Shown here piece by piece: positions 53,833-64,000 of a stretch of 64,000 bases of DNA. The translations under genes and the position numbers were made by a program. The DNA comes from the human T2T-CHM13v2.0 reference genome, Homo sapiens. The stretch lies in NCBI RefSeq assembly GCF_009914755.1, contig NC_060928.1; one strand, given 5' to 3'. How positions within the stretch are numbered: the stretch's first letter is position 1; each line of letters begins with the position of its first letter. Under the pieces are notes generated by a model. The model was not told where the DNA came from, searched no databases, and saw nothing but the letters and a program-made list of their open reading frames with translations.

Positions 53833-54010
53833 CTAGTGATTCTCAAAGTAGGCTTTGAAGTTCATTTTCATCAAATAGCTGAGAACACTTGTTTAAAATA
53901 CAGAGAGCCTGTGCTGGCCCTCTGAATCCAAGTGGTGGGGCCTGGCAATCCACACGTTGACAAGACCCATTTGATCTGATGCACACAACTTGAAAACTGC
54001 AATTCCAGAC
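53833..54010. mobile_element. MER5-type element
   Basis: tagtgattctcaaagt...ggtggggcctggcaatc...tgatgcacacaacttgaaaac. Confidence 0.55.
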
Positions 54011-55744
54011 TAGCAGATGCATATTTAATTATTTTCCAATTGTTTCAAATGACTATAAGTTTGCTTTGTGTTATTTTTCTCTTCCCTAGCCATTGATAAA
54101 CCTCTGAAAGTTCAGCCTAGGCTTCCACCAGACAACCTAGCAGAGGGAAGGCTCAATAAACAATGAATCAATACTTGATTGATCTATGGCATGCAAATTA
54201 TATTACGCAAAACTTCTCTCATCACTACTAAAACTTTTCCAGATGTACAGTTTATTCACTGTTGCCATTGTCTTACAAATCCTTATCTAGAGTTTATTTC
54301 TGGAGAGAGGGTAAAAATCCCTAGCCCGCAAATGAGGATCTATGGAACTCCCGCTGGGGCCGCTACGTGACACAAACCAGAGTGAGAAAAAAGGTGCCCT
54401 GCTCCTATTTTCAGCTCCTTACTCCTTCCACCACCCCAGTCTTGATAGTTAATCCTAGAAATTTTTCTCATTTGCTTACTTTAAGCTTTGCTGTTTATGG
54501 AAATATGCCTTTCTATCTGGAATTTGTAAAGACCATATTACCATATTTCCATATTTCCTTGTTTTGGTATGTAAGTCCCTCTCTCAAATGTATATAAATC
54601 CCGTAAGTGATGAAAGGAATTTTACTAAATGGCCCTTTTGCCATTTGCCAACCTCTCTCTTGGCAGGTGTGACCCAAGGGGTCCATCACTTTGTTAGGCG
54701 GCAGATAAGCAAGCTGTGAATTCCAGTGGCCTATGACCCACCTTTGCTTCTCAGAAGCTTCCTCCTGAATTTATGTAGGGATATGATGCTGTGTAAATCT
54801 ACCGTAAAAGTCCTTTGCACACAAAAGACCTGATTCTTCAGGTCTGCGAACACATGCTTCTTCTGTTTGACTTATATGGGCACCCTAGGGTTTGTATTTG
54901 CGCCAAAAAGTGGAAGCCAAGCTTTCATTGTAAACAGATGGTGCTGCTAACAAGGAAAGTAAAAAATTCTTCCAGTCACTCCTCGCACCAGAGACCTGAA
55001 GAAGATTCTGCTTTAAAAACAAATGAACAAAACTATCAAATACTCCCTCTCCCCTATTCCATAGGCTCTGGGTCAAAACACACATACACACAGCCCCTCA
55101 CATGCAGACAAAATCTGGTCTCCATTCCTCACTTTCCCCATCCTCCTCCCTATGCCAAATTCTACATTCCTCCAGTGTAGATACTATAAATATAAAAAGA
55201 ACAAACTCAATCCCGAATCACGAGGGTGCTTTTCTTTGCATGACCACAACATAAGCACTGGTCCATCATTTTGGGATTTTTATGAAGCCTTGAAGAATGT
55301 TCAGAATTCCAGTCTTGCTCAAACAATGTCTCTCACCAGTCGGCATGATTCAGATGTTGAGTTTCAGGACAACCTGGGGATTTCTGGTTAGAAGAAAACA
55401 TTCTCCTGAAGTGTCTCAATGTGAAAGATTTCCATGTATTTCCCCCTTTTTTCTTTCAGCCCAGAAGAAAAGAAATGTGGAAACGCGTATGTTTTCTTTA
55501 ACATGAGGGAATTTGAAGTTGATTGCAATCTCCCTGTCCCTAAGCCCAAAAGAGAAGTAGCATTATTATGCTGTAATCAGGTCCTTTCTTAAATTCCTCC
55601 ATTAGGTAGCATCTTATTACATAACCACTTTATGCTTTTAAATCTGAATATCGATAACAATCTCCTGACAGATCATACTTCCGGTGCCTAAGTTAGAAAG
55701 CGAATGACCCAGACACTCTGAGATGTCCTTTGAAGCATTCCAGA

Positions 55745-55930
55745 GGAAGGGGACACTGGAGGTTATCCAGTCACCCGTGCCTTGGGGCAAGACCACACTC
55801 AAGCTGTTCCAAAGAAATGAGGATCCCTTTTATTTTTGAAGTTTCCCCAGAGACGCAGATTCCACAGCCTCCCTAAGTAAACCCTCAGTGCTTCAACAGC
55901 ATTAACATTTTCATAGGAGAGTTAAGCCCA
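55745..55930 (-). mobile_element. L3/CR1 fragment
   Basis: gaaggggacactggaggttatccagtc...gcagattccacagcctccctaagtaa. Confidence 0.5.
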
Positions 55931-56069
55931 CTATCAAGGTACTTATTATTGAATTGACACTCTGTCCTTTGAGCCTTAGAAAATATCTACATCAAGGCCT
56001 TTCTATTGTATACATGAAAGCTAAATTGTCTATCTACTTGTATAAGATACCATGAGAAAATACACATTT

Positions 56070-56170
56070 TTGGAAACCTTACCTCAGTCTCTGCCATCTG
56101 TTTAGTGGGGATACCTGCTCTGCCAAACTCACAGTACTACCTGAAGGATCCAAAGAGATCACATGTCAGG
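56070..56170 (+). mobile_element. MIR fragment
   Basis: cctcagtctctgccatctgtttagtggggata. Confidence 0.45.
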
Positions 56171-58426
56171 CTGCCCAAGGTACTATTTGTATCACCACCT
56201 AAATAACTATTCTAAACCTGAATCTGGAAGTAGTTGTTTAAGCTACTTTATTATAGAAATAACAGGGATTCCTGAAATAATACTTTAATTATAAGCCTAA
56301 GTTACAAATACAAACATGTGGTTCATGAAATATCACTTTAATGCTCACATAAGCAAACTATGTGTTGGCATCTCACAAAGCACCAGGGAAAAATTATTCC
56401 CCTGAAGATGCAGGACTTGCTCTGAAGAGCAATGGTAGAAAGCTATCTCCATGGTTTAGCAATCACAGATGCAGGGACTGGGTAGGTGAGGATGGAGGCG
56501 GCGAACTGCCTAACAGAAGGAATCCCTGTACAAGAGAGACACACATAGATCACAGTGGTTCAGAAAGCCTAAGTGTGAACGCATAAGGAAAGGCATACCG
56601 GGCAAACGGAACTGAAAAAGCAAGGTTATGACCTTACTCTCAGGTGAAGTGTAATTCAGGCCAGAAATTAATATAGTAAGAAAAGGGGCACTTTGTAATG
56701 CTAAATAGTGAAACTCAAAATGAGGCTACAGCAATTATGAATACACATTCATCAAACAACACAGTAGCCACTGTGTAAAGCAGGAATTACAGAAGAGGAA
56801 AGAAGAAATAGACAGAAATGAAAATTCAGTCCATGATAAATAAGTCAACATATCTTAAGTTCGGAAAAGACATAACATAATAAGATACATGTTATTCAAC
56901 TCTGTATCCTGAAAATATCTCCATATTATCTAACATCATTTTTTCAAGTGGTCAGGAAACATATATGAAAATTAACCATAGGCAAGGCCCACAAAGTCAA
57001 CAAATTCCAAAAGATAGAAACATTACAAATAATATTTTTGGTCACAATGCAATAAAACAAAAAATTGTTATCAAAATCTCAGTTATCAATATCAATACAG
57101 AAAATTCTAAATGAATACTGGCAAACAGCATTCACTAGCACATTAAAAAAAGTAATTACCATGACGAAATGGAGCTTGTTGTAGGAATGCAAGAATAATT
57201 CATGGCCAAGAAATTTATTATATCCCATTAAATTAATAGCTCTATGGAGAAAAAAATATATGATCATTTCCAAAGATACCAAAAAGAGCATTTGGACAAA
57301 AGTCAATACTCACACCTGATCCACCCCCCGCAAAAAAGCTTCTAAGAACAAATTAATATTCTCTTAGCATAATAAAATAGATCATTCTCATCCCAAAGCC
57401 CACATCATGCCCTGAATCACTGGGCATAGGTAATCACTGAAGCCATTTCCATTAAAATAAAAAATAAGACAAGAATGCCCACTCTTACTACTGTTATTTA
57501 ACATCATACTAGACCTAATAGATAATGAAATTTGAACAGAGAAACTAAAAGTATAAAAATTGGAGAGCAGATGGTTAATCTTTATTTTTAGATTACATTA
57601 TATAGTTAGAAATACAAGAGAATTGGGAAATATTTATAAACAATATGAGTAAGATAGAATGGCACACAAGGAATACACTGTAATTAGTTGCTTATATCCA
57701 GCTAGAAGATGTAATGAGAGAAAAGACCCCATTTACAATAGTAATAACAAAGATAAAATACCTATGAATAAACTTAATACATGTCCAAGACACATATGAA
57801 AAATCTGTAAAACATTCCCAAAGGACACAAAATAAGATTTGAACAGATAGAAAGATCTACCTTTTTCTTAGCTAGAAAGACTTGATAACATGAAGAAGTC
57901 AACTTTCTCTATGTTAATTATTTAAATTTAATTCTGATGATACAAACAGGAATAAGAGTTTCTATTATTGTTTACTCTGAAGTTTATATGGAAAAACAAT
58001 AAGGAAAACTGGGAAACTGAGAAGAGCAATGAGAAACGATATTAAATGTATAATAGAAGTGATTAGATATTAGATATTAAGAAAATATTAAAAATTAAAA
58101 GCATTGATAATTAACTGGTGTGGTGGTAGCACCCAAACTAAAAAAAAATCAACCAAGGAAATATAATGTCCAGAAATAGACTCAGCTATACACAGGAATT
58201 TAATAGATGATGATAATAGCATCTCAAAACAGGGTAAAAGATTATTATCATGAAGTGGTGGTGAAGCAAAGCACAGGCAACAGAAGCAAAAATAGGCAAA
58301 TGGGGCTATATCAAACTTAAAAACTTCTGTGTATCAAAGGACAAAATCAACAGAGTGAAAGGTCAGCCTATGTTACAGAAGAAAATAATTGCAAATCACA
58401 TATCCAATAAGGGATTAATATCCAGG

Positions 58427-58427
<1 letters not shown>

Positions 58428-58502
<75 letters not shown>

Positions 58503-58537
58503 TATAAGGGGTTAATATTCAGGATATATATATATAT
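58428..58537. repeat. (TAGA)n(TA)n compound microsatellite
   Basis: Direct reading. Confidence 0.95.
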
Positions 58538-58984
58538 CTCCTACAACTCAACAACAAAAATAACCTGATTTTTAAATGGGCAAAGGACTTGAACAGACAT
58601 TCCTCCAAAGATGAAATTTACATGGCCAACAAGCATATGGAAAGATGCTAAACATCATTAATTACTAGAGAACAGAAAATCAAAACCCCAATGAGATATC
58701 ACCTAACACCCATTAAGATGGCTGCTATGAAGAACACAAAAAGTAACAAGTGTTGGCAAGGGTGTGGAGAAATTGGAACTCATGCGCCCTGTTGGTGGAA
58801 ATGTAAAATGGTGCAGCCACTATCGAAATCAGTCTCACTTCTGGGTACATAGCCAAAAGAAATGAAAGCAGGATCTCAAAAAGATATTTGCTCATCCATG
58901 TTCATAGCAGCATTATTCACAATAGCAAAGAGGTGTGGGCAACCCAAACATCTACTGTTGGGCTAATAGATAAAGAAAAAGTGG

Positions 58985-59400
58985 CCTGTAATCCCAGCAC
59001 TTTGGGAGGCTGAGGCAGGCGGATCACGAGGTCAGGAGATCGAGACCATCCTGGCTAACATGGTAAAACCTCGTCTCTACTAAAAATACAAAAAAAAAAT
59101 TAGCCGGGCGTAGTGGCGGGCACCTGTAATCCCAGCACTTTGGGAGGCCGAAGCAGGCGGATCACGAGGTCAGGAGATCGAGACCATCCTGGCTAACACA
59201 GTGAAACCTCGTCTCTACTAAAAATACAAAAGAAATTAGGCGGGCGTGGTGGTGGGCTCCTGTAGTCCCAGCTACTCGGGAGGCTGAGGCAGGAGAATGG
59301 CGTGAACCGGGAGGTGGAGCTTGCAGTGAGCCGAGATCGCACCACTGCACTCCAGCCTGGGCGACAGAGCGAGACTCCATCTCAAAAAAAAAAAAAAAAA
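58985..59400 (+). mobile_element. AluY-like trimer (left-left-right arms), first ~21 nt missing
   Basis: Left arm repeated with a 138-bp period (58985, 59123), then right arm and poly-A. Confidence 0.92.
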
Positions 59401-59406
59401 GGGTGG

Positions 59407-59746
<340 letters not shown>

Positions 59747-60207
59747 TCAGCCTTAAAAAGAAGAAAATCCTGCCACATGCCACAATATGGATGAGCCCTG
59801 GAGGATATTATGCCAAATGAAATAAGTCAGTCACAAAAAGACAAATACTGTATGATTTGCGGTGATGAAAGCAGTCAAAGTCATATAAACATGGAAAAGA
59901 ACAGTGGTTGCCAGGGGCTTGGAGGAAGGAGAAATAGAAAGTCATTCAATAGGTACAGCATTTCCATTTTGAAAGATAAAATGTTCTGGAGATCTTTTGT
60001 ACAACAACATGAACATACTTAACACTACAGAACTGTACACTTAAAAATGATTGAGATGGTATATTTTATGTGTTTTTTAACAACAACTAACATTTAAAAA
60101 ATTATTCTTTTTGAAAGTGGTAGTGGGGCAACTGGATCATTAATAATAAAGCAAGATCCATACCTTAATACCTTATACACTAAACCAGGATAAAATATAA
60201 ATGAACA

Positions 60208-60524
60208 GGCCAGGCACGGTGGCTCATGCCTCTAATCCTAGCACTTTGGAAGGCTGAGGCAGGTGGATCACCTGAGGTCAGGAGTTCGAGACCAGCCTGG
60301 CCAACATGGCGAAAACCCATTTCTACTAAAAATACAAAAATTAGCCTGGCATGGTGGCGTGCACCTGTAGTCCCAGATACTCGGGAGGCTGATGCAGGAG
60401 AATCACTTGGACCTAGGAAGAAGTGGTTGCAGTGAGCCAAGATTGTACAATTGCACTCCAGCCTGGGTGACAGAGTGAGACTCTGTCTCCAACATATAGA
60501 TAGATAGATAAATAGATAGATAGA
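60208..60524 (+). mobile_element. AluSx with (TAGA)n tail
   Basis: Full dimer, ggatcacctgaggtcaggagttcgag. Confidence 0.95.
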
Positions 60525-61289
60525 CCAAATACCTAAATATCAAAAATAAAATCAGAGTATATAGGATAAGACAGGCCTATCTATGACTCTTTTAAAAACT
60601 GATAAATTCAATTAAATAAAATTAGAAACTTTTTTAATGTCATGAGATATCAAGAGCCAAGTCGAAAGACAAACGGCAAAATGAGAAAACAATCTGAAAC
60701 TCCTAACGCAAAGGGATAATCTCCTTAACATACGTGGAGTTTCAAGAACTGAAGAACAAGACCAAGAACCCAATAAAATATGGGAACACTATATAAACAA
60801 TAAGGCCACAACAAAGGAAATAGAATTGGCTCTTAAATATATAAAAAACTTGCTCAGCCTCACTCAAAATCAGAGAAATGCGAGTCAAAACTATCTTGAG
60901 ACATCACTTTTCACCTATCAGACTGGCAAACATCCAGAAGTTTGATTGCACATTTTGCTGGCAAGGCCGTGGGGAAACAAGCACCATTTAACATTGCTAG
61001 TGGAAGTGTAAATTGGTTCAGCCCTTTGAAAGGCAGCTTGGCTGTATTTATCAAAATTCAAAATGTAAAATCCAGTAATCCCACTTGTGGGAATTAATAC
61101 TATAGATAAACTTGCACAAGTGTAAAATGTCATGTGTGGACGTTTGTAACATTGTTTAATAGCAAAAGATTGGAAACAAGTCAAATGTCTATCAGTGGGA
61201 TTCTGATTGAATAAATCGTGGTGCATTTATCCAAGGGAATGCTATGCCACATTAAACACAGGCATGGTTACTCTGCACTGATATGCATG

Positions 61290-61912
61290 TAAGTCTCATC
61301 GTGTCCGTCCTCTTCTCAAGACCCTCCAATGGCTGTCTGTTGCTCTGAGGGTAAGTCCTGAAATACTTACACTGGTTTAGCGGGTCCTACACCATCTGGC
61401 TGTCCTGTCTCTCTGACTTCATATGACATTCTACATCTCACTTTCTCTGTTTCAGCCACATTGTCCCCTTTGCTGTTCCTCAAACGTGCTAGGCATGGTC
61501 CCTCCTTAAGGCCTTTGCACTAGCTTCTTCTGCCTGGATCACCATACTCTCCAAATAATCCCAAAGCTCACTGACTCCCTTACCATGATCAAGTCTTTGC
61601 TCACACGTCACTGTCTCAAGAAAGCTGCCCCTGGCCGCTCCGTTTTAAATTAAAATTCCCCACTGACATCCCCAACCCCCATTATCTTGCTCAGTGTGTT
61701 CAACTGCTCTTATTATGTCCTAACTCAACACAGAATTAACTTGTTTAGTATGTTTGTTTTCTGCCTAATGTGCCCCTTGCCCAAGATATAAATGCCAAGG
61801 GACAGAAAGTTTTGTCAGCTTGTCCCCTGCTGTGTTACCAACATACACAATAGTCTGTGGCATGAAGTAGGTCTTCAACAGGTGTTTGTTTCCAAACAAA
61901 TGAATTAATGAA
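61290..61912 (+). mobile_element. L2 3' portion
   Basis: ctcaagaccctccaatggct...ggcctttgcactagct...ggcatgaagtaggt...aatgaattaatgaa. Confidence 0.8.
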
Positions 61913-61997
61913 CATACAATGTGGAAAGGACTATAAAGTGTATATGTATTTAAGTGAAGATGTAAGACGAAGCCCAGTTATTGTTCTGCCTATAGTA

Positions 61998-62300
<303 letters not shown>

Positions 62301-64000
62301 TAGTATTTTTAAGAAATAAAGAAAAAGTGTAAGAATGTATTTAGGCCAAAAGAAACCTGGAAGTCTACAGAGAAAACTATTATCAGTGGTTACCTGGAGG
62401 GAGATGTATGGACTGGGCATATGGGGAAGAGTGGTAGAAAGGAGACTGTGGTGCATGTACTTTTATATAAATTATGTAAATGTATTACTTATTCAAAACA
62501 TTAAATTAACAAAAGAAAAATAAAAGCTGATGTCAGCTCCCAAAGATTGTAATTCAGTAGTTCTGAGCAGGGCTCAGGGGAATCTGCATTTTCAACAAGC
62601 TCCCCCACCCTCCCATCCCTTCCTGGGTGGGGTAGATCACCCTCAAAAATCACTGTCACCACTACCTCTCCTGACCCCAAAACGCCACAAACCGCGTAAC
62701 GTTGGGATAGTTCTCATTTGGAGCACAAGCAAATGGGCAGGCACATCACAGAAACTAATGGCAGAGTTTTCAGTAACATTTGACACCACTAACAGCTGCC
62801 ACCCAAAAGGCAGCCTCCTTGTGTGGAAGAACAGCAGAAATTTCATCTACCCTTCAGTTTCATCCCCACAAGCAAGCAGGACCAGTAAAAGGAGTGTCCT
62901 CTCTGTCTAAGACATTTATATATGTTGGGTGTTTAGACTAAATTTCAGACTTCTAAACATTCACAGGTTTAGCGAAAGTAGTTGGAGGGGCTTCTTCAGA
63001 TTTCTGCGCTCATGGTGATCATATACTGAAACCCTCCAAATTTTTCCTTCCTCTTTCGCCCAGGCATTTTAATTAATACAATGTCCTTCCTAATTCACAG
63101 AGGAAAGATCTTTCTAAGAACCCTTGCTGGAGATGAGAAAGGTGGTAAGGATCTGAAATGTGTCTTAGCAAGACTCACCCAACAGGGCCACCCTGCTTCA
63201 TTGTGATGCCTTTCAGATAAACGAAGTATTCGGCTCTTGTTATTCAATGACCCTAATAAAACTTTACAACTGAAGTGTAGAGGAAAAAAATAAATAAAAA
63301 GATCTAATGACATACAAGAAGGGACTGAACCTGTCAACCCCAGAATATTTTCAGTCTGAAAAGCAACCTCATCCTTATTAACTTTACATTGATTCCCAAA
63401 GAGCGGAAAATTTAATAAGGAAGAAAAAATTCAATATTTCATGACTCACCACTTCCTCGGGATAATAAATACGAACTAAAGATATATACACTGAACGCTT
63501 TTAACATTTTATTTTCACTTCAAAAAATACTGTTTGCACTATCTCTACTATTGACCTCTCAAGATGATTCTATTTCCGGAACGCATTTTTTGATATGGTT
63601 TCTAATTCAAAAATCTGTCACATCTTTGATATTTCATAGGCTCCATTAAAATTAATAGCTTCATGGGTCCCTCATGAGTTTCTTCCTTAAATTTTCAAAC
63701 GGTTTGTGGTCTGTTTCTCAGACTGGCCAATGACAAGCAGTTCTGGGACTGGAAGATGGAAGTAGTGAAATAATCTTTAAAAATGTGTAAAAATTAAGCA
63801 CTGTCTGCCAGGGGCTTTAGAGTTGGCAAATAGCTAGGTCTTTATTAAACGGTTGGTTTTGTTTCTCCTGTTGTTTCTTCCTGATATCCGTCTGTGTGGT
63901 AACTGAGTCACTATGACATAATACCGCAGAGAAAGACTGCAGGACAACCAGACGTACACATGTTCATCCCTCAATGAGTCGCAACCTTGGGTCTGTTCCC

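Overview
Primate (human-like) repeat-rich non-coding DNA with no intact protein-coding gene, rRNA, tRNA, CRISPR array or CpG island that I can support. The only gene-derived feature is a minus-strand processed pseudogene of BTF3L4 (31059-31782, with TSDs), nested inside an old hAT DNA transposon that itself interrupts an old L1M. The rest is L1 (L1PA/PB/MA/MB/ME), Alu/FAM, L2, MIR, L3/CR1, MaLR and MER57 solo LTRs, MER5/MER20/MER81/MER104 DNA elements and microsatellites. Subfamily calls are by eye from remembered consensus sequences, not RepeatMasker. From recall only (unverified), the copy could be BTF3L4P3 in the 6q23.3 OLIG3-TNFAIP3 interval. I see no evidence of a novel multi-gene system. 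The best leads are a near-perfect 79-nt pre-miRNA-like fold-back inside an L2 (5829-5907), a recent 92-bp tandem duplication that doubles an ISRE (10578-10761), a cluster of six same-orientation AP-1 sites (20757-22525) and several rearranged retroelements.
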